A stretch of DNA of 64,000 bases from the IMG/VR virus record IMGVR_UViG_3300025137_000028, positions 1-64,000 of that record; one strand, written 5' to 3'. The notes below the pieces were generated by a model that ran no database searches, was not told the DNA's origin, and worked only from the letters and a program-made list of their open reading frames with translations. The DNA is from a virus. Below, in pieces: positions 20,617 through 29,338 of the stretch. The position numbers and the translations under genes were made by a program. The stretch's first letter is position 1. Each line of letters opens with the position of its first letter.

Positions 20617-21165
20617 ATGAGTGAAGAAGAATTTAAGCCGATAGTGGATAATAAAACTGGTGAAAAAAGGGCATTAAAACCGGACGAACCAATTTACGAG
20701 GCAAGTAAAGACCCTAAGGGCAATGGTAAAGTGGTTAGTAATACATCTGGTGAGCCTATCATTCACAGTTTTACATTTGATAAAGTTGATCCAGACGATC
20801 AAAAAGTAGTTGAAGAAGTTATTAGATTATTAAAACATTATCATAACAAACAGTGGCAAATTCCTCAAATTATTGAACAATTAAAACTTAAATTTAAACT
20901 AAAAGATCGTAAGTGGTTTAGAGTTGAAGAATCATTATGGCACAATTTAACTAAAGATAAAAATTTAGGTGCTAGTGTTCAAGGTTATAGAATTTGTGGT
21001 GATACAAACGTACCACATATAGCCTTTTCAGCAGACGCTGATTACTTAGATCATTTTATTATGGAATTAGCAAACGACATTAAAAATGAAGTTATTAATT
21101 CACAAATGAGTGATGAACAGTTTAGACAAAATGTATTAAAGAGGTCAAAAGAAAATAAAGAGTAA
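20617..21165 (+). CDS. hypothetical protein
   Basis: 182-aa ORF with AGGAG SD. Confidence 0.8.
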   Translation: MSEEEFKPIVDNKTGEKRALKPDEPIYEASKDPKGNGKVVSNTSGEPIIHSFTFDKVDPDDQKVVEEVIRLLKHYHNKQWQIPQIIEQLKLKFKLKDRKWFRVEESLWHNLTKDKNLGASVQGYRICGDTNVPHIAFSADADYLDHFIMELANDIKNEVINSQMSDEQFRQNVLKRSKENKE

Positions 21166-21170
21166 ATGTT

Positions 21171-21521
21171 ATGGCAGTTACACAAAAAACAGCACTTAAT
21201 TTTGCGATGGATCAAGGCGCTGATTTTTCTAAAAATTTTACTATAACAACAGACGGCTCTACGGCTTACGATATTTCAAGTCTTACACTTCAAGCAGAAA
21301 TGAGAAAAGGGTACGATAGTACCACAGTTACAGCAACTTTTGCTGCTTCAGTAGTCACTGGTTCAAGTGGCATATACAAACTAGTATTAACAAACGAAGA
21401 AACTGCTGATATAACAGCAGGTCGTTATGTGTATGATGTAGAATTAAGATTAGCAGATTCTACTTTAGAGAAAGTTCATTATGGTATTATAACGGTTCTT
21501 CCAGAAGTAACTAAACTATAA
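21171..21521 (+). CDS. virion protein with Ig-like fold
   Basis: DQGADF...L.LT..ET..I.AGRYVYDV..G.I.V.P.VT. Confidence 0.75.
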   Translation: MAVTQKTALNFAMDQGADFSKNFTITTDGSTAYDISSLTLQAEMRKGYDSTTVTATFAASVVTGSSGIYKLVLTNEETADITAGRYVYDVELRLADSTLEKVHYGIITVLPEVTKL

Positions 21522-23032
21522 TGTCAAATTCACTAGAAGATTTTTTCAACAAACTCGCAGGCAAAGATATTCTCAAAGAAATGAGAGACGAAGAACAATC
21601 GAAGATTGATTCTGAAGCAAAACTTTTAGCAGATCAACAAGAAAAAGAAAAAGTTGAAAAAGAAAAAAAAGAATTATCAGAGTCAGAAAAGTTAAACGCC
21701 TTAGAACAATTATTTGATTTACCTAAATTTGAGGTAATAGCTAAACAAGAAGTAGATAAAACTAGACCATCTACTTTAGAAGAAAAAGAATTAAAAGATA
21801 CTTTAAAAATTTTATCAACATCTGTTGAAGAATATCAAAAACAAAAAGTATCTGAATTAGATATTGATGAAGTCGATTATAAAAAATATTTAGAAACTAA
21901 AAAACCTGTTAGTGAAGATAAACTTGTTACACAAATAGAACAATTTTTAAGTGATACTTATTTTCCTCCTAAAGAAGAAATAACACCTATTGAAGAAGTT
22001 ATAGACGCTAAGTATTTAAATAAAAGAGAAAATGTCTATGAGCCATTAGAGCCAGGTTTAGTAGAAGATGTTAAATCATTTATCGAAACAAAATTAGAAC
22101 CTCAACCTTATATGAAAATGAACGTAGGTGATCCGATTAAACCTACAGAAAATTATGTAAGTAGAGAAGAAATATTAAAAACTCTAACTAAGAGAGCGAG
22201 GTCACTAAAAGAACAATTAGATGGCGGTAGTATATCTATTGAAGAGTTAACAAAAGAATTTAGTAGATTTAAACAATTAACAAATTTACAACTTCAATCT
22301 ATTGGTGGCGGTGGTTCAACTAAAATATCAGAAATGGATGACGTTGATATTTCAGCACAAGCTGATGGCTTTGCTTTAAAATATAATGGTACAACAGGCA
22401 AATATGATTTTGGCGAAGTAGCCTCAGATTTATCTGCTGTAGATCAAAGTATATTACCAGACGCTAGTGGTACAAGAGATATAGGATCAACAGAAAAAAT
22501 ATGGAACAATGGATATTTTAATAATGTTTATGTTTCAGGTTCAACTTTAGAAGTTTCAAATGACGCTGTTTTAAAAGGCGATATTCAATTAGGGGTAAAC
22601 TTAGGCGATTCTACTGAGGATACTATTAATGTTCAAGGTAGATTTATTTCTAGTTTAGAACCTTTAACAACAGAAACATATAATTTAGGATCACAAAATA
22701 AAAGATGGAAAGAAATATTTTTATCTGGTAACACGATTGATTTAGGTGGTGCTACAATAAGTGGCGATGGCACAGGTTCTATTGCTATATCATCAACAGG
22801 TGTTACGTTACCTGCTGGTTCTAAAGTAGGTTCTCAAAACATTGCTGAATCAGACGCAGATACAGGTATCGCAACTAGAAGTGTACCTTTATTTACTGCT
22901 GCTGGTGGTTTAAGTACAGCGGCAAAAACATTTACATTTGCTGCTCAATCAGGTCGTGGTGCTCAAGTGTTTTCATCATTTAAAAAGGCAGATGGTTCAA
23001 CAGCAGGTAAATTTGAGATATTTACATTCTAA
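21521..23032 (+). CDS. bipartite protein: charged helical N-half, fibre-like C-half
   Basis: E/K-rich N-half, then GGGG..ISEMDDVD and YNLGS..KRW fibre motifs. Confidence 0.75.
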   Translation: MSNSLEDFFNKLAGKDILKEMRDEEQSKIDSEAKLLADQQEKEKVEKEKKELSESEKLNALEQLFDLPKFEVIAKQEVDKTRPSTLEEKELKDTLKILSTSVEEYQKQKVSELDIDEVDYKKYLETKKPVSEDKLVTQIEQFLSDTYFPPKEEITPIEEVIDAKYLNKRENVYEPLEPGLVEDVKSFIETKLEPQPYMKMNVGDPIKPTENYVSREEILKTLTKRARSLKEQLDGGSISIEELTKEFSRFKQLTNLQLQSIGGGGSTKISEMDDVDISAQADGFALKYNGTTGKYDFGEVASDLSAVDQSILPDASGTRDIGSTEKIWNNGYFNNVYVSGSTLEVSNDAVLKGDIQLGVNLGDSTEDTINVQGRFISSLEPLTTETYNLGSQNKRWKEIFLSGNTIDLGGATISGDGTGSIAISSTGVTLPAGSKVGSQNIAESDADTGIATRSVPLFTAAGGLSTAAKTFTFAAQSGRGAQVFSSFKKADGSTAGKFEIFTF

Positions 23033-23043
23033 TGAATAAATTA

Positions 23044-23051
23044 TATAAATA
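23044..23051 (+). promoter_or_regulatory. T4-type late promoter
   Basis: TATAAATA. Confidence 0.75.
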
Positions 23052-23071
23052 TTGTAATTAATAGGAGAGTT

Positions 23072-23851
23072 ATGAGTATAAAAACACCAATAAGAACTGT
23101 ATTTGATGATAGTAATAATGCTACAGGTTTAGCAGAATATCAATCAGGTGAATTTATCGGATTGACACATGGTGGTATTGGTGCTTCGTTATCAATAGGT
23201 AGTGCTGGGCAAGTTTTAAAAGTTAATTCAGGTGCTAGTGCTTTAGAGTTTGGTAACGTTGAGGCAGTCTTTAATATTGATGGTATGACAGACGGTTCTG
23301 GCATAACTATCGTAGACGCAGACGACTTTGCCATTTCAGACGCAGGTGTTGAAAAGAGAGTTAATGCTTCACAAATAGCAACGTATGTACAGAGTGGTGT
23401 ATCAGGTGATATTACTATTTCAGGTGGTACAGCTGCTATTGCTTCAGGTGTAATTGTAAACGCAGACGTTAATGCTAGTGCTGCTATCGCATTTAGTAAG
23501 ATGGCAAATTTAACTGTTTCACGTGCTTTAGTATCTGACGGAAGTGGAGATGTATCTGTTAGTGCTGTAACGGCAACAGAAATAGGATATTTAGATGGTG
23601 TTTCATCTGCTATTCAAACACAAATAGATTCAAAACAAGCAACGTTAACAGGAGGTGCGACAACAATCGCTTCTTCAAATTTAACTGTTTCCAGAGCTTT
23701 ACAATCTAATGGCGCAGGTAAAGTGGAAGTTAGTGATGTTACAACAACTGAACTTGGTTACTTAGATGGCGTAACAGGCGCTATTCAAACACAGTTAAAT
23801 ACAAAAACTACGCCAGCATTCGCTATATCATCTGCCATCGCTCTCGGTTAA
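23072..23851 (+). CDS. fibre-like virion protein with an internal 57-aa duplication
   Basis: Two GYLDGV..AIQTQ repeats and C-terminal FAISSAIALG. Confidence 0.75.
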   Translation: MSIKTPIRTVFDDSNNATGLAEYQSGEFIGLTHGGIGASLSIGSAGQVLKVNSGASALEFGNVEAVFNIDGMTDGSGITIVDADDFAISDAGVEKRVNASQIATYVQSGVSGDITISGGTAAIASGVIVNADVNASAAIAFSKMANLTVSRALVSDGSGDVSVSAVTATEIGYLDGVSSAIQTQIDSKQATLTGGATTIASSNLTVSRALQSNGAGKVEVSDVTTTELGYLDGVTGAIQTQLNTKTTPAFAISSAIALG

Positions 23852-23880
23852 TAGATAAATAGTATAAAGAGGAATAAACA

Positions 23881-24696
23881 ATGGCAAAACCATCAAGCAG
23901 AGCGAATCTAAAAGAATATGCTTTAAGAGCATTAGGTAAACCTGTCATAGAAATAAATGTTGATGACGACCAGTTAGACGATAGACTGGACGAAGCATTA
24001 CAATACTATGCTCAATTTCACTATGATGGTATTAGAAGAACATATTTAAAATATAAATTAACAGCAGCCGATAAAACTCGATTATCAACTGTTAATGGTG
24101 CTACTGAAACAGCAACAGATGCATCAGGCGACACAACAACTTGGTTTGAAGATAACAGTTATCTTTCAGTACCAGAATCCATTATTTCAGTCATTAATAT
24201 TTTTCCTTTTTCAGATAAAGGTAATCTAAACATATTTGATGTTAGATACCAACTTAGATTAAATGATCTTTATGATTTCTCTTCAACGTCTGTAATCAAT
24301 TATGATATAGTAATGAGACAATTAGATTTTTTAGATCATATATTAGTAGGTGAAAAACCAATAAGATTTAATCAACACGATAACAGATTATACATTGATA
24401 TGGATTGGTCAAATGATTTACAAGAAGATGAATTTATTGTTATTGAGTGTTATAGAAAATTAGATCCATCTGTTTACACAGACGTTTTTGATGACATATA
24501 TTTAAAAAGATATGTTACTGCTTTATTTAAAAAACAATGGGGCGCTAACTTATCAAAATTTAATGGGGTAACTATGATAGGTGGTGTAAGTTTAAATGGT
24601 CAACAAATTTACAGTGAAGCATTAACAGATATAGAAAAATTAGAAACAGAAATAAGATCCACATACGAGTTAAACCCTGCTATAATGATAGGATAA
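23881..24696 (+). CDS. gp13: neck protein gp13
   Basis: LRALGKPVIEINVDDDQ, KKQWGANLSKF.G. Confidence 0.93.
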   Translation: MAKPSSRANLKEYALRALGKPVIEINVDDDQLDDRLDEALQYYAQFHYDGIRRTYLKYKLTAADKTRLSTVNGATETATDASGDTTTWFEDNSYLSVPESIISVINIFPFSDKGNLNIFDVRYQLRLNDLYDFSSTSVINYDIVMRQLDFLDHILVGEKPIRFNQHDNRLYIDMDWSNDLQEDEFIVIECYRKLDPSVYTDVFDDIYLKRYVTALFKKQWGANLSKFNGVTMIGGVSLNGQQIYSEALTDIEKLETEIRSTYELNPAIMIG

Positions 24697-24700
24697 TGCC

Positions 24701-25486
24701 ATGCCAGTTAACCATTACTTTCAAGGCGGAAACGGCATAGGCTCAGCTGCTGAAAAAAAACTTTATGAAAATCTTATCATAGAGGGTCTTAAAATATACG
24801 GACATGACGTATATTATTTACCAAGAACATTAGTTAATAAAGATTTAATTTTAGGCGAAGATGTTGCGTCTAAATTTAACTCTGCTTATTTAGCAGAAAT
24901 GTATATGGAAGCTCAGACAGGTTTTGCTGGCGAACAAGAAATAATTAATAAATTTGGTTTAGAAATTAGAGAAGACACAACTTTTTGTGTATCAAAAAGA
25001 AGATGGAATGATTTAGTTGATGACCCTGCTACACTAATTAAAACAGGTAGACCTAATGAAGGCGATATAATTTATATGCCTTTAATGAATAGTTATTTTG
25101 AGATACAGTTTGTTGAAGATCAGGAGCCATTCTTTCAATTAGGCAATCTACCTATTTACAAACTAAGAGTAACACGTTGGGAATACAGTTCAGAAAGATT
25201 AGACACAGGTGTTTCAGATGTTGACGCTGCTGAAGATAAGTATTCTTTAGATCAACTTGCTCATCAAATGAGTTTAGAAAATGAAGACGGCGCAATACTA
25301 TTAGAAAACGATAGTGCTTCATCCGAAAATAATTATCTAATACTAGAAACATATAACTTACAAACTCAATCAACTTATGCTAGTAATAATGATTTAGACG
25401 CTCAAGCTGGTTTTGACACATCATCAACAGCAGATGACATATTAGATTTTACTGAACGTAATCCGTTCGGAGAGGTAGACTTTTAA
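24701..25486 (+). CDS. gp14: neck protein gp14
   Basis: YYLPR, KFGLE, RPNEGDIIY.P, PFFQLG, DFTERNPFG. Confidence 0.93.
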   Translation: MPVNHYFQGGNGIGSAAEKKLYENLIIEGLKIYGHDVYYLPRTLVNKDLILGEDVASKFNSAYLAEMYMEAQTGFAGEQEIINKFGLEIREDTTFCVSKRRWNDLVDDPATLIKTGRPNEGDIIYMPLMNSYFEIQFVEDQEPFFQLGNLPIYKLRVTRWEYSSERLDTGVSDVDAAEDKYSLDQLAHQMSLENEDGAILLENDSASSENNYLILETYNLQTQSTYASNNDLDAQAGFDTSSTADDILDFTERNPFGEVDF

Positions 25487-26292
25487 TGTTAGGAACATAT
25501 TTTTACAACGAAAGTATGAGAAGAATGACTGTAGGATTCGGTCAAATCTTTAACAATATACAAATCAAAAGAAAAGATAGTAATGGTAGTGTTGTTCAAT
25601 CAATTAAAGTGCCATTAGCTTATGGTCCTAAAGAAAAGTTTTTAGTCAGATTAGATCAACAATCAAGTTTAAATAATAGAGAGTTTGCTATTACTTTACC
25701 TCGTATGGGTTTTGATATTGCTGGTATTACTTATGACGCAAGTAGAAAGTTAACTAGAACACAAAAATTTAAAAAAGTAAAATCAGATACAGATGGTAAA
25801 ATATTAGATTATAATTTCTCACCTGTACCATATAATATATCTTACAATTTATATTCTTTCACAGCGAGTGCTGAGGCAGGTTTACAAGTAATAGAACAAA
25901 TATTACCTTATTTTCAACCTGACTTTACTGTAACTGTAAATGTAATACCTGAATTGGGTATTAAGAGAGACGTGCCAGTAGTTTTAAATACTGTTACTTA
26001 TGAAGACACTTATAATGGTGACTTCACACAAAGAAGATCCGTTATCTATACATTAAATTTTACAGCTAAAATGTACTTATATGGACCGTCTAATACTCAA
26101 AAAGTTATTAAAACAGTTCAGTCTGATTTATATTCAAATACAGATACAACAAATAAAACAAGAGAAGAAAGAATTACAGTAACACCTAGTCCTACAACTG
26201 CTAACGCAGATGATGATTTCGGTTTTACAACTTCAATAGATTTCTTTGAAGATGGCAAAAAATATAACGTGACAACAGATAGTGATGAATAA
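25486..26292 (+). CDS. gp15: tail sheath stabiliser/terminator gp15
   Basis: KVPLAYGPKEKF, LPRMGF, EQILPYFQP. Confidence 0.93.
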   Translation: MLGTYFYNESMRRMTVGFGQIFNNIQIKRKDSNGSVVQSIKVPLAYGPKEKFLVRLDQQSSLNNREFAITLPRMGFDIAGITYDASRKLTRTQKFKKVKSDTDGKILDYNFSPVPYNISYNLYSFTASAEAGLQVIEQILPYFQPDFTVTVNVIPELGIKRDVPVVLNTVTYEDTYNGDFTQRRSVIYTLNFTAKMYLYGPSNTQKVIKTVQSDLYSNTDTTNKTREERITVTPSPTTANADDDFGFTTSIDFFEDGKKYNVTTDSDE

Positions 26293-26293
26293 T

Positions 26294-26752
26294 ATGACAA
26301 AACTAGAAGATACAATGAATGAGATATTAGGTATAGATAGTAAACAACCAGTTGTTCAAAAAGAATTTAAACCTGCTGTACCTAGAGTAGAAAAAAAAGA
26401 AAGTCCAGATGTAGATAATGATTACAAATATAGTAGAGAAAACTATTATAATCTTATTGAAAGAGGACAAGAAGCAATTGAAGGTATATTAGATATTGCG
26501 AGAGAGGGTCAACACCCTAGAGCATATGAAGTTGCTGGTCAATTGATAGGACAAGTAGGTCAAACAGTAGATAAATTACAAGACTTACAAAAGAAACTAA
26601 AAGATTTAAAAGATTTGCCTAAAACAGCAAACGCACAAATTAAAAATGCTTTGTTTGTAGGTTCTACTGCTGAATTACAGAAAATGTTAAAAAATGAAAA
26701 TATTAAAAGCAAAAACATCACACCCAAAGAAACAGACGTTTCAGATAAGTAA
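26294..26752 (+). CDS. gp16: terminase small subunit gp16
   Basis: DYKYSRENYY, HPRAYEV, LFVGSTAELQK. ATG start after the gp15 stop. Confidence 0.92.
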   Translation: MTKLEDTMNEILGIDSKQPVVQKEFKPAVPRVEKKESPDVDNDYKYSRENYYNLIERGQEAIEGILDIAREGQHPRAYEVAGQLIGQVGQTVDKLQDLQKKLKDLKDLPKTANAQIKNALFVGSTAELQKMLKNENIKSKNITPKETDVSDK

Positions 26753-26996
26753 ATTATCATTTATCAATTATTACTTAGAATATAATACTGGTATTATAAA
26801 AGATATATATAATAAGGGTATTATGAATGATCCTATCGAAATAGAAAAAAGAAAAATAAGTGAAGTGCCTAGATTCGGTGCTGTAGGTGTGAAATATAAA
26901 GAAAAAGATTTAGTTGTATTAAAGGGTAGTCAAAGAATAACTACCGCCATTAAACTAGGGTGTACACATATTGAAGGAGTAATAATAAATGAGTGA
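26694..26996 (+). CDS. ParB/Srx-like small protein
   Basis: GIMNDPI...VLKGSQRITTAIKLG.THIEG resembles the ParB N-terminal GxxR motif. Confidence 0.55.
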   Translation: MKILKAKTSHPKKQTFQISKLSFINYYLEYNTGIIKDIYNKGIMNDPIEIEKRKISEVPRFGAVGVKYKEKDLVVLKGSQRITTAIKLGCTHIEGVIINE

Positions 26997-27603
26997 TGTT
27001 GTATCTGTTGTAACAAAAAATAAAGATAAAGATGAAGACGGAAGAATTATAAAAATTTATGATAACTTTTTAGATCATAATGATAGAGACAATTTAGAAA
27101 ATGGATTATTTAATGAGACTTTTCCGTGGTACTACAATAAACATACAGTTTATCCAGGTAACAAGTATTTTAAAAATGATGAGAAAAATTTATATGACAA
27201 TGATCAGTTTACTCATGGTTTTACAGTGGGTAATAAAGTAAATTCTGATTACGCTAATCTAGCATTAATGGTGTGGACTAACTTTTGTAATAAAGTAGGT
27301 AACAATCATTATCAAGTATTAAGAATGAAAGCAAATTTAGTTTTTTCAAATAATAAAATGAGTAATAATTCTTATTCAATACCTCACATTGACTTAGACG
27401 AAGAACATCAAACTTTAATTTATTATGTAAATCATTGTGATGGTGATTTGTTTTTGTTTAGTAAAGATGATTCTGATAATGTTAAAAAAAGAATTGAAAC
27501 TAAAAGAGGTAGATTAGTTTGGTTTAAAGAGCCAATATTACATGCTGCTGGTCATCCTAATTTATTTGATAAAAGATGTTCAGTAGTTATTAACTTTAAG
27601 TAA
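26989..27603 (+). CDS. 2OG-Fe(II) oxygenase
   Basis: PHID...YYVN..DG...LHA...R.SVVIN. Confidence 0.85.
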   Translation: MSDVVSVVTKNKDKDEDGRIIKIYDNFLDHNDRDNLENGLFNETFPWYYNKHTVYPGNKYFKNDEKNLYDNDQFTHGFTVGNKVNSDYANLALMVWTNFCNKVGNNHYQVLRMKANLVFSNNKMSNNSYSIPHIDLDEEHQTLIYYVNHCDGDLFLFSKDDSDNVKKRIETKRGRLVWFKEPILHAAGHPNLFDKRCSVVINFK

Positions 27604-27608
27604 AACAT

Positions 27609-29237
27609 ATGAGTGACGCATATTTAGGAAACCCTAATTTAAAAAAAGTAAATACTCCACAAGAGTTTACTAAAGAACAGATATTAGAATATCAAAAGTG
27701 TAGTAATGATCCTCTGTACTTTATGGAAACTTATGTACAGATTGTATCACTTGATGAGGGTCTTATACCTTTTAAAATGTATGACTTTCAAAAACGTATC
27801 GTAAAAACAATACACGAAAATAGATTTACTATTTGTAAACTGCCTAGACAGTCAGGTAAATCAACAACAACTATTTCTTATCTATTACATTATGCGTTGT
27901 TTAATCCTAATTCAAATATTGCTATACTTGCCAACAAAAGTTCTACTGCTAGAGACATATTAGGAAGACTACAACTTGCTTATGAAAATTTACCTAAGTG
28001 GTTACAACAAGGTGTACTTAACTGGAATAAAGGTAATATTGAATTAGAAAACAAATCAACCATAGTTGCTGCTGCCACATCTTCAAGTGCTATTCGAGGA
28101 GGTTCATATAACATTATATTCCTTGATGAGTTTGCTTTCGTTCCAGCAAATATTGCTGAACAGTTTTTCAGTTCAGTTTATCCTACAATTTCATCTGGTA
28201 AAAAAACAAAAATGGTTATTGTATCTACTCCTCACGGAATGAACATGTACTATAAATTATGGATGGATGCTGACAGTGGAAGAAATGATTACATACCGAT
28301 AGAAGTACATTGGAGTGAAGTTCCTGGTAGAGATGAAGAATGGAAAGAAGCAACTATTAGAAATACAAGTCCTGAGCAGTTTCAGTCTGAGTTTGAATGT
28401 GAGTTTTTAGGTAGTATAGATACTTTAATATCACCATCAAAAATTAAAACTTTAGCTCATAAAACACCTATTGAGTCAAACGCAAGTGTTGATATTTACG
28501 AGAGACCTATAAAGAATCATACTTATGTTTGTACAGTTGATGTAGCAAGAGGTACTATAAAAGATTACTCAGCATTTGTTGTATTTGATGTTACACAAAT
28601 GCCTTACAGAGTTGTAGCAAAATATAGAAACAATGAAATCAAACCATATGTTTTTCCTAATATCATATCTAAAATTGCTAAAGCATATAACACTGCTCAT
28701 CTTTTAGTTGAAGTCAATGATTTAGGACAACAAGTATCAGACGCTTTACATTTTGAAATAGAGTATGATAATTTATTAATGACAACTCAAAGAGGTAGAG
28801 CAGGTCAATTACTTGGTGCTCAATTTAGTGGTAGAGGTACATCACTAGGTGTTAGAATGACTAAACAGATTAAAAAACTAGGTTGTTCTAACTTTAAAAC
28901 GTTAGTAGAAAGTGATAAGTTAATTATTAACGATTTTAATATTATAGAAGAAATGTCAACTTTTAGTAGAAGAGGTACTAGTTGGCAAGCTGAAGACGGT
29001 TGTAATGATGACTTAATTACATGTTTAATTATATTTGGTTGGCTATCTAATCAAGCATATTTTAAAGAAATGACCAATACAAACGTTAGAAATCAATTAT
29101 ATATAGAACAAGAAAAACTAATAGAACAAGATATGGCACCATTTGGTTTCATAGATGATGGTACACCAGACGAAGAACAACCATTTTCAGATGAATATGG
29201 TACAGTATGGCATCCTGTTACACGAAAAGGACTGTAA
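27609..29237 (+). CDS. gp17: terminase large subunit gp17
   Basis: YLGNPNLK, PRQSGKS, LDEFAF, STPHG, DVARG, DDL. Confidence 0.97.
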   Translation: MSDAYLGNPNLKKVNTPQEFTKEQILEYQKCSNDPLYFMETYVQIVSLDEGLIPFKMYDFQKRIVKTIHENRFTICKLPRQSGKSTTTISYLLHYALFNPNSNIAILANKSSTARDILGRLQLAYENLPKWLQQGVLNWNKGNIELENKSTIVAAATSSSAIRGGSYNIIFLDEFAFVPANIAEQFFSSVYPTISSGKKTKMVIVSTPHGMNMYYKLWMDADSGRNDYIPIEVHWSEVPGRDEEWKEATIRNTSPEQFQSEFECEFLGSIDTLISPSKIKTLAHKTPIESNASVDIYERPIKNHTYVCTVDVARGTIKDYSAFVVFDVTQMPYRVVAKYRNNEIKPYVFPNIISKIAKAYNTAHLLVEVNDLGQQVSDALHFEIEYDNLLMTTQRGRAGQLLGAQFSGRGTSLGVRMTKQIKKLGCSNFKTLVESDKLIINDFNIIEEMSTFSRRGTSWQAEDGCNDDLITCLIIFGWLSNQAYFKEMTNTNVRNQLYIEQEKLIEQDMAPFGFIDDGTPDEEQPFSDEYGTVWHPVTRKGL

Positions 29238-29248
29238 GTTAATGGTCT

Positions 29249-29256
29249 TATAAATA
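29249..29256 (+). promoter_or_regulatory. T4-type late promoter
   Basis: TATAAATA upstream of gp18. Confidence 0.8.
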
Positions 29257-29338
29257 TCTGTATAAAAAGTTTTGACTATGGGCGTAAGAAAACTTACGAT
29301 TAATGACGAAATAATAAGAAAAAATTAGGAGAAACCTT

